A stretch of 64,000 nucleotides of DNA from Nitrospirota bacterium (GCA_963703955.1 CAVPGK010000017.1:192001-256000), one strand, 5' to 3'. Numbered from the stretch's first letter, positions 1 through 10,576 are shown. Notes: a model not told the origin generated them from the letters alone. Numbers and translations are program-made.

Positions 1-128
1 ATGCAGATGCGGAGAGACTCCTTCATCCGCTCCTGTCCGATGTACTCATCCAAGGTCTGCGGGCGCAGGGCGGCCTCGAGCCCGCGCTCATCATCGGTCA
101 ATTGATTGGTCACGACGCGATCTGGCAT
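1..128 (-). CDS. ruvB: Holliday junction branch migration helicase RuvB, N-terminal part (runs off window)
   Basis: Manual translation MPDRVVTNQLTDDERGLEAALRPQTLDEYIGQERMKESLRICI carries the LRP..L.EYIGQ signature; lies downstream of ruvA. Confidence 0.92.
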   Translation of the reverse strand, partial: MPDRVVTNQLTDDERGLEAALRPQTLDEYIGQERMKESLRIC

Positions 129-167
129 CGGATAGCTCTTTCACCTCGTCCGCGCTGGATGAGACCG

Positions 168-704
168 CTAGTCGGCTTTTTTTTCCGGCGCTGGTTGGAA
201 TTTCGGTGGAGGCGGAAGCGCACCCTGCCCGGGAGTTGCTGTGCCGCCACAGTTCGGAGGGCAGACGATGCCACCCTGAGTCGGATCCGGCAAGCCGCTT
301 TCCATCTTCTGGAGCTGGCACTGGCTCATGTGACCACCGTCTGTCGAACCACAGCGGGAAGGCACCATCGAGCTTCCGACCTGCACATATCCCTCGGGAC
401 ACGATCCGCAGACAGAGAGCAAGTTGGCTCCCGAGGGGACACACTGGACCACGGTATGATCTCCCTCTGGGCAGATTTTCTCATCGGTTGTCACACCGGT
501 CAGGGCGTACCCGGATGGGCAGGTTCCACAGGTCATTCTGATGCTCTTCGGCTCAGAGGGCTCATCGGCCGCGATGAGGAAAGATGGGGAGCCGAACAAC
601 AGGGCTGGGGTCAGGCTGACGGCCAGCGTCCAGATTATCAGCCGCCGGCAGGTAAAGCCCCAGTGAGAGAGAATGGCGCATGGTTGCCTCAGCATCTCAA
701 TCAT
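168..704 (-). CDS. Secreted cysteine-rich hypothetical protein
   Basis: Hydrophobic N-terminus, two CGxCPxGY repeats, Pro-rich tail; fills the gap between ruvA and ruvB. Confidence 0.75.
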   Translation of the reverse strand: MIEMLRQPCAILSHWGFTCRRLIIWTLAVSLTPALLFGSPSFLIAADEPSEPKSIRMTCGTCPSGYALTGVTTDEKICPEGDHTVVQCVPSGANLLSVCGSCPEGYVQVGSSMVPSRCGSTDGGHMSQCQLQKMESGLPDPTQGGIVCPPNCGGTATPGQGALPPPPKFQPAPEKKAD

Positions 705-706
705 GG

Positions 707-1321
707 TTACCCCCTTGCTAAGTCCTTGAGCGCTTCCCGAATAAGATCCTTGAGCACCGGCGGGCTCTGTGCCGATCGCCCTTGCAGGATTCGCTTGAGC
801 GCCTCTTTTGCGTCGGGTGCGCGGTACCCGAGGTTAACCAGCGCAGACAGGGCGTCATCCTGCAATTGATCCGTGGAGCCACGTGCGGCATCGGAGATTT
901 TTGCAGGACTCGGGTGTAATCGCTCCAGTTTGTCTTTGAGTTCGAGGGCAATCCGTCCAGCGGATTTCTTTCCGATTCCAGGGACCGTGGCTAGCTTGTC
1001 CACATCACCCGCTTGGACAGCTGAAACCAAATCGGCGATGCTGAGCGCGGAAAGGACGCTGAGGGCCAGCTTAGGCCCGATTCCGGAGATGCCCGTGAGG
1101 AGAATGAAGGCGTCCTTTTCGGAACCGGTCAAGAACCCAAAGAGCTGAATCGCGTCATCTCTCAGATGGGTATGGATTTTCAACGAGGCAGACTCGTTCA
1201 AGGCGGGAAGGGCGTAAAAGGTACTGAGCGGGATAAAGACCTCATACCCGACACCATGAACGTCGAGGGTGATCTGCGAAGGCGACCTGAATGCCAGCCG
1301 GCCAGTCAGCGCGGCGATCAT
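707..1321 (-). CDS. ruvA: Holliday junction DNA-binding protein RuvA
   Basis: MIAALTG, GVGYEV, HhH motifs GIGPKLA and VPGIGKKSA, C-terminal ALSALVNLGY. Confidence 0.97.
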   Translation of the reverse strand: MIAALTGRLAFRSPSQITLDVHGVGYEVFIPLSTFYALPALNESASLKIHTHLRDDAIQLFGFLTGSEKDAFILLTGISGIGPKLALSVLSALSIADLVSAVQAGDVDKLATVPGIGKKSAGRIALELKDKLERLHPSPAKISDAARGSTDQLQDDALSALVNLGYRAPDAKEALKRILQGRSAQSPPVLKDLIREALKDLARG

Positions 1322-1368
1322 GCAATATGAATGAGGGTGATACGGCTCACGACAACCTGATGAATACC

Positions 1369-2121
1369 CTAGCCGGCCGCCGCAACCTTCTCCATGATTT
1401 CGCTCGGGATGTCGAAATTGGCATGGACCTTCTGAACATCATCATGCTCGTCCAGAATTTCCATGAGCTTGAGCATCTGCTCGGCGGATTTCTCTTGCAA
1501 TTTGACGTAATTCTGCGGGACGAATGTCACTTCAGCCAGGGAGGGTTCGAGTTTCGCGTCCGCCAGCGCCTTTTTCACCGATTCGAAGTCATGAGGGTCG
1601 GTGATCACTTCGAAGGCTTTCTCGTCTACTTTCACATCTTCCGCGCCGGCTTCCAACGCCAGCGACAGGAGACGATCCTCGTCCACCTTGCCCTGCTCGA
1701 CCACCAGTAAGCCCTTCTTGTGAAATTGCCAGGCCACGGAGCCCGCCTCGGCCATGTTCCCGTTATTCTTGGTCAAGAGGCTTCTAACCTCGGCGACCGT
1801 GCGATTTCGGTTGTCGCTGGTAATTTCCAGGAGGAGAGCCGTTCCACCTGGCCCGTATCCTTCCAGGGTGAACTCTTCGTAATGCACGCCTGGCAACTCA
1901 CCGGTCCCGCGCTGGATCGCCTTCTTCATCGTGTCGCCCGGCATATTGGCGTCTTTGGCCTTGGCGATCGCCAGCCGGAGGCGCGGATTGCCGTCAGGAT
2001 CGCCACCCTGTCGCGCAGCAATCGTCAACTCGCGGATGACGCGGGTAAAAATCTTCCCCCGCTTCGCGTCGATGGCCGCCTTGTGTCGTTTCGTGGTGGC
2101 CCAGTGGCTATGGCCGCCCAT
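1369..2121 (-). CDS. yebC: YebC/PmpR family protein
   Basis: MGGHSHWATTKRHK, NPRLRLAI, YEEFTLEGYGPGG, TSDNRNRT motifs. Confidence 0.97.
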   Translation of the reverse strand: MGGHSHWATTKRHKAAIDAKRGKIFTRVIRELTIAARQGGDPDGNPRLRLAIAKAKDANMPGDTMKKAIQRGTGELPGVHYEEFTLEGYGPGGTALLLEITSDNRNRTVAEVRSLLTKNNGNMAEAGSVAWQFHKKGLLVVEQGKVDEDRLLSLALEAGAEDVKVDEKAFEVITDPHDFESVKKALADAKLEPSLAEVTFVPQNYVKLQEKSAEQMLKLMEILDEHDDVQKVHANFDIPSEIMEKVAAAG

Positions 2122-2134
2122 CTTCCCCTCCCTC

Positions 2135-2295
2135 GCAGGGCGATGAAAAAGGTCACCAGCTTCGTTCTCGGTTCACCCGTCGCCTCGTGTCCACGAAGAA
2201 TGCATCTCAGCGTCCGAACTTCCCTGCGGCCTTGCCACGGGAATGGGCACGTCTTGGGTGGGCGGGTGAAATGGAGGCCTTTTTGAGCGCCCTGC
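2135..2295. mobile_element. MITE-like element, copy 1
   Basis: Imperfect terminal inverted repeats GCAGGGCGATGAAAAAGG / CCTTTTTGAGCGCCCTGC; internal CCAGCTTCGTTCTC and CCCTGCGGCCT shared with 50962-51088. Confidence 0.7.
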
Positions 2296-2677
2296 AAACG
2301 CAAATCAATCTTTATTTGTGTGGTGGTCTAGCACACTCTCAAGAGACGTGTCAACGACGGCAGGTGACGGCGTAGCAAGAATCTGTTACGGGGGGTGACT
2401 GCTTGGCGATTTGCACATTGACAGCCCCTGAAGTCGTTCCTAGAATCTTGCTGATTCATTTCCAGCAGGCACTGTCCAGGAAATCTTTATCTCTACGCGA
2501 GGACGAGGAAGCAGGCTGAGATCGGGTGTCAAGTGCAACATGATATCACAAATAACTTTGCTTGAAGCGGCTCGTGTCGAAGGCAAAGCGATCCCACGAC
2601 TAGGTTATTGGCCGGCTATTTACCAGACTGCACCTAACCTGTGGTGCCTGTATGTCTACCGTGATTGATTTGATGCG

Positions 2678-2911
2678 TTGGACGCGAAGCTGCGCGAGTG
2701 GCGGAAGCAGCACGATACGCCGGCGAAGGTGGCAGCGGTGCACCGGAAGGTTCTTCTGGACCGTGTGATTGAGTCCATGACGTTTGAGAACGAACCGATC
2801 AGAAAATCTCGCCTGAAGGTCTCCTCAAGAATCGGAAGAAGCTTAAGCAGACTATTGCGATTGCCGGACGTGTTGAACTTCCGGGTTCTCTCGACAGCTT
2901 ACTCCGTATAG
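2678..2911 (+). CDS. Small hypothetical protein, possibly frameshifted near 2820
   Basis: Protein-like N-terminal half; 3' end overlaps the convergent gene. Confidence 0.35.
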   Translation: MDAKLREWRKQHDTPAKVAAVHRKVLLDRVIESMTFENEPIRKSRLKVSSRIGRSLSRLLRLPDVLNFRVLSTAYSV

Positions 2912-3660
2912 ATCAGCAGTTGAAGCCCGATCAGCAGGACAAGGGCGGCCCAAGCGACTTCCCATAGGGACCGAGCGACTCGCTTAGGGGAACCGAATCG
3001 CATCGCCGCGTCTCGGCGGTTCCATTCGGACAGAAACTTGGAGGATCCGGCTGTAATCGCCATCATGCCCATGAAGGCATGGTGGAGCGCAATCTTGTAG
3101 GCCGCCGGGTGGACGCCGTGACTGTGGAGAAACAGCGAGAGCCCGCCGATGACAGCGAAGGTGGGGAGCGGGACCCTCCATAGTATGTGATCGAGGCGTC
3201 CGATCCGCCGCAGCAGTTCCACCGTCCCGATCAGCAGGGCGATGATGCCGAAGAGCTTGTGCTGAATCGTTTCCCAGTCACCGTTGGAGAATGTTTCGGT
3301 GAAGGTAAGAGACCCGATCGGCCAGGCATCATGGTCGCTCCAGATCAGCAGGTAAGTTCCCGTCACGAACAAGGCGCCGGGCAATAGCAATCTTGTCCAG
3401 GCCAGCGTCGAGATGCCCAGGGCAGGACGAAGTTCGCTCAGCCCGATAAGGATGACAAGAAATCCGGCAAGGTGATGATTAAATTCAGAGTAGGCTGTGC
3501 CTTCAGGGGAACCTTCCCAGCCCGGCATGGCCGGATCGCTGTGATGAGCAGGGTCATGATGATGCGCCGACTCGTGCTCCGTCTGAGCGAAGGTGGGAGC
3601 GCATAGGATGGCGAGTATGGCGATGAGATACAGACTTCCAGCCCAGAATCGCGTTGTCAT
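2899..3660 (-). CDS. His-rich multi-pass membrane protein
   Basis: Signal/TM segment, HHHDPAHH stretch, about 6 TM helices containing His (NHH, QHK, LHSH, LHH). Confidence 0.8.
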   Translation of the reverse strand: MTTRFWAGSLYLIAILAILCAPTFAQTEHESAHHHDPAHHSDPAMPGWEGSPEGTAYSEFNHHLAGFLVILIGLSELRPALGISTLAWTRLLLPGALFVTGTYLLIWSDHDAWPIGSLTFTETFSNGDWETIQHKLFGIIALLIGTVELLRRIGRLDHILWRVPLPTFAVIGGLSLFLHSHGVHPAAYKIALHHAFMGMMAITAGSSKFLSEWNRRDAAMRFGSPKRVARSLWEVAWAALVLLIGLQLLIYTE

Positions 3661-3690
3661 GTGCGGCCCTTGGTCGACCCTCGGTTCTAC

Positions 3691-3725
3691 AAAGAAAGGC
3701 CCATCCAGTCGGCCGGATGGGCCTT
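3691..3725 (-). terminator. Rho-independent terminator after the PCP_red gene
   Basis: AAGGCCCATCC-loop-GGATGGGCCTT followed by a T-rich tract on the minus strand. Confidence 0.7.
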
Positions 3726-3754
3726 CGTCTTCAGGCAGGCTTCTCGATCTGTCA

Positions 3755-4528
3755 TTACATGAACTTCATGAATTTGTCTTTCGCCTCGTCCATGACTTCG
3801 GCGGTGATGGTGGTGGCGCCCCGCTCCTTTGCCAGGCGTTCGATTTCCCGGCGCGCCATGGGTCGGATAAAGTCCGGGATATTCTCCAGGCGCTTTTCTG
3901 CGTCCGATGACCACGCGATGCCGTTCGAGTCATTCTTCGAGTCATCCATGACCTGCAGATTGATCGTGTTAAACCCATGCTTGCGGGCATAGGCTTCGAC
4001 ACTGCTCTGCACCATGGGTTTGACGAATGAAGGGAGCCGATCCAATTTTTCCTTGGCGTCCGGAGACCACGTAAATTCCGGTCCTCCGGAGCCGCTATGG
4101 CCGGCCTGGCTTCCGGAGGTAAGGCCCATTTGTGCCACCATCGCGGAGAAGGGGCAGCCTCCTCCGGACTTCTCGCCCTCCTTGCCCTGGACGGAGCCTG
4201 CGGGTGTAGAAGTTTTGGTTCCGGTCTGTGCGACCGGTTGTCCTCCCTGAATTTTCTGGTTCAGATACGCCGCCATTTGTCCCGAGCCGGCTTGCGCCTC
4301 TTCTTTGAGCGTGCCCCGAGTCATCTCAAACGGTTCAGCCGGCGCCGTGCGACCACCGAGCTGCACCCCCAGCGAACTCACCATTTGGGTCTCTCCCGGG
4401 TTGGTCACCATTGAGAACTTGGCTCCGCAGGAGGGACAGCCGAAGAAGACTCCGAGGGAACCTTCCGCCGGCTTTTCGACTTTTTCGAAGTTCATGTACG
4501 TTTCGCAGTTGAGGCAAACGAATTTCAT
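3755..4528 (-). CDS. Zn-ribbon protein with tandem PCP_red (BchB/ChlB C-terminal-like) domains
   Basis: N-terminal CLNC...CPSC; two W...A...L..iP.F++ repeats (WSPDAKEKLDRLPSFVKP; WSSDAEKRLENIPDFIRP). Confidence 0.8.
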   Translation of the reverse strand: MKFVCLNCETYMNFEKVEKPAEGSLGVFFGCPSCGAKFSMVTNPGETQMVSSLGVQLGGRTAPAEPFEMTRGTLKEEAQAGSGQMAAYLNQKIQGGQPVAQTGTKTSTPAGSVQGKEGEKSGGGCPFSAMVAQMGLTSGSQAGHSGSGGPEFTWSPDAKEKLDRLPSFVKPMVQSSVEAYARKHGFNTINLQVMDDSKNDSNGIAWSSDAEKRLENIPDFIRPMARREIERLAKERGATTITAEVMDEAKDKFMKFM

Positions 4529-4552
4529 CGTAAATCCTCTTGTGACAAAGAC

Positions 4553-5473
4553 TCAGAGTTTCTCGGCGAGAACCTTTTTGTAGTCTAGGATCGACCGGAC
4601 CCGCTCTGCAATCTCCTGATACCGCTGGATCGTGGGATAAGTCTCATCCAAGAGGGGCGTCCCCTTGTCGAAGGTGCGCGCGAGTAAGCGGTCGAAGGGG
4701 ATGCGTCCCAGAAGCGGCACGTCTAAAGCCGCGCACATGGCCTCGGTATTTCCTTCGAACAGGTCGCTCTCGGCTCCGCAGGAGGGACATCGGTACTGGC
4801 TCATGTTTTCGACCATACCCAAAACCCGGATGCCCATGTCCCGCGCATAGGTCACTGACTTCTGCACGACATCGGAGGCCACTTCGGATGGAGTCGTGAC
4901 GACAATGGCACCGGCCAAGTCCGGAATAAATCCCGCCATGACCGGAGGCTTATCGGCTGCAGCTCCGGGCGGAAGGTCGGTGAGAAGATAATCCAGCTCT
5001 CCCCAGATCACATCCGATAGAAATTCCCGGATGACGTTCATTTCCATCAGCCCAAGCCAGACCGGGCTCAAATCCATAGGCCCTTTCCATCGAACCGGCG
5101 AGGCCGCATCAAGGAAGAAATCCATCGAGCCAACCTTGACGCCCAAAGGCCCAACGGGTGGGAGAGCGCCCTCAGGGGTCATGGTGAGTGTCTGTCCAGT
5201 CATCCCCAGCATGCGAGGGACGCAGGGTCCGTTCAAGTCCACGTCCAGCAAGCCGACCCGTGCGCCTTGGCGGGCGAGGGCCAGGGCCAAATTCACGGTG
5301 GTCATGCTCTTGCCGACGCCACCCTTTCCACTCATGACGACGAGCTTGTGCTGAATGCCGGCCATGCGGGCCTGCACCTGCCGCATCTGGTCAGTGATCT
5401 GCTGGACCACCTTCGCATCGTCGGCGTACTGTAACTTGCTCAGGATCCCTTTGAGGTCTTTTTCAAGGGCCAT
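4553..5473 (-). CDS. mrp: Mrp/NBP35 (ApbC) Fe-S cluster carrier ATPase
   Basis: SGKGGVGKS deviant Walker A, DLPPG, ENMSQYRCPSC. Confidence 0.92.
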   Translation of the reverse strand: MALEKDLKGILSKLQYADDAKVVQQITDQMRQVQARMAGIQHKLVVMSGKGGVGKSMTTVNLALALARQGARVGLLDVDLNGPCVPRMLGMTGQTLTMTPEGALPPVGPLGVKVGSMDFFLDAASPVRWKGPMDLSPVWLGLMEMNVIREFLSDVIWGELDYLLTDLPPGAAADKPPVMAGFIPDLAGAIVVTTPSEVASDVVQKSVTYARDMGIRVLGMVENMSQYRCPSCGAESDLFEGNTEAMCAALDVPLLGRIPFDRLLARTFDKGTPLLDETYPTIQRYQEIAERVRSILDYKKVLAEKL

Positions 5474-5583
5474 GGACGGCCACCGTAGCATAAGGATTTC
5501 TCATGAGTCAAACCGGCAGGCTGCTGGTGGCCAGGGCGCGATAAATGCCTTTTTTAAGCAACCCGCACATCTATTGTCCCTCC

Positions 5584-7437
5584 TTAGATGGAATATTGAA
5601 ACCTTGGCTTCGCGCCGATGGTGCGCGCCAAGACCCCGCGCTCTTTGAGAGCTTCGATGATCTGACGGGCGGACGCATCGTAATCCTTGGGCCCGGCAAA
5701 ATGCAGGTCGGTGCTCGGCGGCGGTTCTTCGTCGGTCTTGCTCATGTGGACGGCAACCACAGGCGCGGGATGCACGAGTGTCCGAATAGACTGGGTGACC
5801 TCATGAGGCGGCAGCCCGAAGGGATTCGTAGTTGAGACGACGATCAATCCGGTGTCGACGAGGAGCCGCGCTACCTCGCCGTACCGACGAACCATTTCCA
5901 CCGCATCGCCCGCATCGGACTCTGCCAGGTCGGCATCAAGGCCGCGCCGGAGATTTTCCGCATCCAAGAGGTACGCGTGTCGTCCCTCCGCGACGAGGAG
6001 GGATTCCAGTTTTCTGGCAAGAAACGATTTGCCCGTATGCTGCCCACCGGTAACCAGGACGATGGCGGCGCGATGCCCATAGTTCTGGGCACGATCCTCC
6101 GCGCCGACTTCTCCTTTGACCCATGCAAAATCACGCCGACGGGCCTCGTCCCGTAGGAATGCCTGCTCGTCGTGAACCAATTCCGTGATAATGCCCCCAC
6201 CGGAAATATCGTACTGGTCCACAAGGACGAACCGCCCGGTCGTCTCGAACTGCTGGTACAGATCGAAGGTCAACGGGAACTTGGTGCGCAGAGTCAGGTC
6301 GGCGACCTCATTGCGGCCGACGACGGTCTTTGATTGGCGCTCGCCGAGATCCGCGGCGTCGATAATCCGATGGATCGCGGCAACCTCGCAATCCACTTCG
6401 CGGGTGGCCAGCCGAAGGAGGTATTTCCGGCCTCGCTCGAGCGGTCGTTGCCCCAACCAGAACAGGTTGACACGAAAAGCTGTTGAAACGAGAGGAAGAG
6501 CCTCTCGATGGGAGGCGATCTCGCCCCGCTCGATAAATATCTGTTCATCCAACGTGATGCCGATGGATTGCCCGGCGTGGGCATCGGTCGGCGGCGGCTC
6601 GATGTTAAACGCTTCCACGGACTTCACGTTGGCGGACTTGTTGGACGGCGAGAAGACGACGCGATCACCGACTTTCAATCGTCCTGCGGTGATTCGGCCG
6701 ACGATGATTCGGCGGGCGTCGAATTTGTACACGTCCTGAATGGGAAATCGAAGCGGCTGTTCCGACCGAGCGGTCTCTTTCCTAAACAACTCCAACGTCT
6801 CCAGAACCGTCGGACCGTGGTACCACGTCATCTGCTGGCTGCGCAGGGCGATGTTGTCGCCGAGTTTGGCGCTGACGGGAACGACCCGTTCCGGCGCGAC
6901 ATTGAGCTGGGCGAGAAACTCGCGGTATTCCTTTTCGATTCCCTCGAAGACATCCTGACGATAACCGACGAGATCCATCTTGTTGACGACCACCGCCACC
7001 TGTTTGACGCCGAGCAGGGACAAGAGATAGCCGTGTTTCTTGGACTGCTCCTTGACTCCTTCGAGCGCATCGATCAGCAATAACGCCGCCTCAGCCCGCG
7101 CGGCGCCCGAGATCATATTCTTGAGAAACTCCTTGTGCCCTGGCGCGTCGATAATGATGTACTGCCGGGTGTTCCAGGTAAAAAACGTGCGAGCGGTGTC
7201 GATCGTGATGCCCTGCTCCTGCTCCTCAAGAAACGCATCGAACAGGAAGGCATACTCAAACTCCTTGCCCTGCTGGCGACAGATCGCCTGAACCTTTTCC
7301 AGCTTACCTTCCGGAAGAGAGCCGGTGTCGGCGTAGAGCCGGCCGAGCAACGTTGACTTGCCGTGGTCCACATGGCCGACGATGACGATATTCAAATGTT
7401 CGGTCGGTTTGATGACCGCAGTGGCCGTCGGTACCAT
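5584..7437 (-). CDS. cysNC: Sulfate adenylyltransferase large subunit with C-terminal APS-kinase-like domain (CysNC)
   Basis: [26 protein letters not shown]-terminal GGQHTGKS and [12 protein letters not shown]. Confidence 0.93.
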   Translation of the reverse strand: MVPTATAVIKPTEHLNIVIVGHVDHGKSTLLGRLYADTGSLPEGKLEKVQAICRQQGKEFEYAFLFDAFLEEQEQGITIDTARTFFTWNTRQYIIIDAPGHKEFLKNMISGAARAEAALLLIDALEGVKEQSKKHGYLLSLLGVKQVAVVVNKMDLVGYRQDVFEGIEKEYREFLAQLNVAPERVVPVSAKLGDNIALRSQQMTWYHGPTVLETLELFRKETARSEQPLRFPIQDVYKFDARRIIVGRITAGRLKVGDRVVFSPSNKSANVKSVEAFNIEPPPTDAHAGQSIGITLDEQIFIERGEIASHREALPLVSTAFRVNLFWLGQRPLERGRKYLLRLATREVDCEVAAIHRIIDAADLGERQSKTVVGRNEVADLTLRTKFPLTFDLYQQFETTGRFVLVDQYDISGGGIITELVHDEQAFLRDEARRRDFAWVKGEVGAEDRAQNYGHRAAIVLVTGGQHTGKSFLARKLESLLVAEGRHAYLLDAENLRRGLDADLAESDAGDAVEMVRRYGEVARLLVDTGLIVVSTTNPFGLPPHEVTQSIRTLVHPAPVVAVHMSKTDEEPPPSTDLHFAGPKDYDASARQIIEALKERGVLARTIGAKPRFQYSI

Positions 7438-7440
7438 CGC

Positions 7441-8238
7441 CTACATGTACCCATCTTTTCTCAGTAGTTCCATCCCACGCCCTTCGTCTTGCGCTCGCCC
7501 TGAACGTTCGCTCACCGTAGTATGACGAAGTTCCTCGATGATGTCGTCGACGGTCTTAGCGGTGGACCGAATGGGAAACGTACAGGGGGCGCACCCCAAG
7601 CTCCGATAGCGTGTTCCGTCACCCTTGTCGAGGTAGAGATCGATGAACGGGATGTTTTCCAGCTTGATGTATTCCCAAATGTTGATCTCCGTCCAGTCCA
7701 GCAGGGGATGAATACGGATATGGGTTTCCTCCGGGAAGGTGGTCTTGAACTGATCCCAGAGCTCCGGCGGCTGATCCCTGAAATCCCAGTCCCCATGTTT
7801 GTCGCGTGGCGAGAAATACCGCTCCTTTGCCCGCGTGCCTTCCTCATCCGCCCGCACCCCCAGAATGACCCCTGTGTACCCCTTTTCAGCCAGAAGGTTC
7901 TTGAGGCCGTTGGTCTTGAGGGCCGTACAACACGTCACGCGTCCCAACGTATGGTTCATTCCGGCCGCAAGCGCCTCCTTGTTCTGCCCGATCACCAGAT
8001 TGAGTCTCCATTCACGCGCAAGCCGATCGCGGTATTCGATCATCGCTGGGATCTTGTAGCTGGTATCGACATGGAGGAGCGGAAAGGGGACATGCCCGAA
8101 GAAGGCTTTGCGTGCCAGCCAGAGCAACACGGTCGAATCCTTGCCCATGGACCATAGCATGGCCAGGTGATCGAAATGCTTGTAGGCTTCACGGAGAACA
8201 TAGACGCTCTGATCTTCCAATTGCCGAAGGTGCTTCAC
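7441..8238 (-). CDS. cysD: Sulfate adenylyltransferase small subunit
   Basis: [39 protein letters not shown]. Confidence 0.96.
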   Translation of the reverse strand: MKHLRQLEDQSVYVLREAYKHFDHLAMLWSMGKDSTVLLWLARKAFFGHVPFPLLHVDTSYKIPAMIEYRDRLAREWRLNLVIGQNKEALAAGMNHTLGRVTCCTALKTNGLKNLLAEKGYTGVILGVRADEEGTRAKERYFSPRDKHGDWDFRDQPPELWDQFKTTFPEETHIRIHPLLDWTEINIWEYIKLENIPFIDLYLDKGDGTRYRSLGCAPCTFPIRSTAKTVDDIIEELRHTTVSERSGRAQDEGRGMELLRKDGYM

Positions 8239-8248
8239 GCAAGGCTCC

Positions 8249-9316
8249 TTACGGGCACGATTCCTTGTCACCGTGAGCGACTCCGACCGGTATTGGCGGG
8301 ACGGCGAGGGTGGTCAGCTTGTTCGCCGCGGCTCCCGACTCAATGGCCTGGAGCGCCATCGGCACGGCGGCTGAGATGGAAGGCGCAAGCCCGGCAGCAT
8401 ACAGCAACATGGCGGCGTTCTGTACCACCCAATCGCGGTGAGGACCGCGGATTTCATTGCGCAGAATCCGCCTCAGCAGCGCGGCCTCCTGATCCGTGTG
8501 GGGGCCGGGGAAGCCAGCCATGTCGCGGAAGGAGCCCAACGCCAAGCCGATGTCTTTCGGCTGAAGATTCAGCGGAAGAACGCGCTCGTTTCTCATCTCC
8601 AGCACCTTCGTGATGGCCGCGATCGACAGCTCGGGGTCCCCTTCAACGCCGCGCACAATCAGCGCGCGCCGGGACCCGAGCATGTTCAGCGCTTCAGCCA
8701 TCTTTTCAAAGTAAGGCGGGTGAGTCAGGCCGATGACCTGGACCGGGGCGCGAGCGGGATTCAACATCTTGGCAACCGGATGAAAGAAACTTCGCACGCC
8801 GAGTTCCTGGCGCAGGTCCAAAAAACGAGAGAGTGGAGGATGATATAGGGCTATGTCCAAATAGCCGAATCCTTTGGCGGACACTTCCTCAGCCGCTTGT
8901 TTGGGGGTGAGATCAATAGAAATTCCCAATTGAGCCAACACCGCAGCGGTGCTGGTTCGTTCAGGAATGCCGTCATAGCCGTGCATGAGGACAGCTGCGC
9001 CCGCGGACGCCGCGACGATGGCGGCGCCCGTCAGGGCGTGGAACGTATCCTGTTTACCCGCGTAGGTCGGCAGATCGACCAGATGCGGCGTGTCAGATAT
9101 CCGCAGAGGCGCGACGTATTCACGAGCCGCGGACGTGAAGGCGGCAAGCTCGCTCACCGATTCCATCTTGATCCGCATGGCGAGGAGAAATCCGCCGACC
9201 TGAACCGGAGTGGCTTTCCCCTCGATGAGCAGCCGCATGGCCTGCTTGGCCTCATCCCAGGTGAGGTCCTTCCACGCCTTCTGGCCTTTACCTATTTTCG
9301 CAATGAACTGTTGCAT
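8249..9316 (-). CDS. Anthranilate phosphoribosyltransferase-like (TrpD2/YbiB, glycosyltransferase family 3) protein
   Basis: [34 protein letters not shown]; lacks the canonical GTGGD; start overlaps the upstream stop (TGATG). Confidence 0.85.
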   Translation of the reverse strand: MQQFIAKIGKGQKAWKDLTWDEAKQAMRLLIEGKATPVQVGGFLLAMRIKMESVSELAAFTSAAREYVAPLRISDTPHLVDLPTYAGKQDTFHALTGAAIVAASAGAAVLMHGYDGIPERTSTAAVLAQLGISIDLTPKQAAEEVSAKGFGYLDIALYHPPLSRFLDLRQELGVRSFFHPVAKMLNPARAPVQVIGLTHPPYFEKMAEALNMLGSRRALIVRGVEGDPELSIAAITKVLEMRNERVLPLNLQPKDIGLALGSFRDMAGFPGPHTDQEAALLRRILRNEIRGPHRDWVVQNAAMLLYAAGLAPSISAAVPMALQAIESGAAANKLTTLAVPPIPVGVAHGDKESCP

Positions 9317-9727
9317 CAGAATGTCAGCACCCGGTCGGCCTTGGCGATTTCTTCCTTCCAGAAGGCCTCGGCCTTCTGCACTTCGTCGAGCTCCGGGATC
9401 AATTGATCGACGCGAGGGTCGAAATAGTCCAACGAGTCTCGACACACGGAGAATTTGACATCACCCTTCTCTTTGAGCTCGCGAAGAACGGCCGGGAAAT
9501 CGTTCAGTTTCCGCTCACGCAACATGTCTCGGACTTTTGCTGCGTCCTCGATAGGCATCACCGAACGTCAATTCCTTCGCTTTGTCGAACGTTAACTTGG
9601 CGGCTGCTTCGTCCCGGAAGAAAAAACTCACCTGAGTTCCTGTTTCAGCCGCGACGCGGGCCAATTGACAGGCCTGTAGCAGGTTGTTGTAGGCGCCTCG
9701 AGTCACGATGATCGCAAGCTTTTTCAT
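9316..9727 (-). CDS. DsrE/TusD-like sulfur relay protein, frameshifted near 9541
   Basis: ORF 9515-9727 (KKLAIIVTRG...VSFFFRDEA) and ORF 9316-9561 (VKFSVCRDSL...ADRVLTF) join into one DsrE-like fold. Confidence 0.75.
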
Positions 9728-9749
9728 TCTCCCAACCCAATGGCTAACA

Positions 9750-9841
9750 AGCGATCAGCGTACAGCCATCAGCCGACAGATTAAGATTGAGAAAATATTC
9801 CTTTGCAGAAGCTGGTCACTGACGGCTGACCGCTGATGGCT
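9750..9841. repeat. Inverted arrays of degenerate heptamers (AGCnATC / GCTGAnn)
   Basis: Four 7-mers, a spacer, then four complementary 7-mers between cysH and the DsrE-like gene. Confidence 0.65.
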
Positions 9842-10570
9842 TTATCTGTGCAGTCCACATTCGGTTTTATCGAAGTTGTTCCACCGGCCTGAGCGCGGAT
9901 CCTCCCCCGGCATCACCGGCGCGGTGCAATGGGTGCACCCGATGCTGGGGTAGTTGCGGTCATGAAGGGGGTTGTAAGGAACCTCATGGATCCGGATGTA
10001 AGCCCACACGTCTGTAGCGGTCCATTTCGCCAGTGGATTGAACTTCACGAGCTGAAATTTCTTGTCCCACTCGATCAGTCCGGCATGGGCCCGAGTAGGA
10101 GCTTGGTCCCGCCGGATCCCGGTAATCCATGCCGAGTAGCCGCTGAGGATTCGGCCCAGCGGTTCCACTTTTCGTAACTCACAGCATCGATCCGGATCTC
10201 GCGTCCAGAGCGCCTCCCCATACTGGGCGGCCTGCTGTTCCGGCGTCAGTTGTGATTTCACCTGAATGACCTGGTTCGGCAAGAATCCATACTTCTCAAT
10301 CAGACGGTCCCGCACCTCATGAGTTTCCTTGAACAGAAAGTCCGTATCCAAATAGAACAGCGGAACGCGCGGATTGATCCGGTGGATCATATCGACCAGC
10401 ACGACGTCCTCGGCGCCGAAACTGCATGCAAACACAATGTGAGGGAAGTACCGCTCGAGGGCATAGGCTAGCACGTCCTGCGGATGCTTGGACTCAAAAG
10501 ACTCGCTGAGCGCTTTCAGCGATTCTTGAGTAGGCCGTGCTGTTATTCCGACACTCTCTTCCACCGTCAC
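9842..10570 (-). CDS. cysH: APS/PAPS reductase, 4Fe-4S APS-reductase type
   Basis: SFGAED, LDTDFLF, RCCELRK, YPSIGCTHCT, RSGRW, KTECGLH. Confidence 0.95.
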   Translation of the reverse strand: MTVEESVGITARPTQESLKALSESFESKHPQDVLAYALERYFPHIVFACSFGAEDVVLVDMIHRINPRVPLFYLDTDFLFKETHEVRDRLIEKYGFLPNQVIQVKSQLTPEQQAAQYGEALWTRDPDRCCELRKVEPLGRILSGYSAWITGIRRDQAPTRAHAGLIEWDKKFQLVKFNPLAKWTATDVWAYIRIHEVPYNPLHDRNYPSIGCTHCTAPVMPGEDPRSGRWNNFDKTECGLHR

Positions 10571-10576
10571 TCCTGA

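Noticed and set aside
102..869. 255-aa plus-strand ORF
   Set aside because: Antisense to ruvB, the Cys-rich gene and ruvA; no motifs
2535..2552. Zur/CRP-like box TGCAACATGATATCACA
   Set aside because: Weak palindrome (5/8) with no clear target gene
3755..4528. Photosynthesis gene bchB/chlB
   Set aside because: Only the small C-terminal PCP_red domain is present; no nitrogenase-like core or other bch genes
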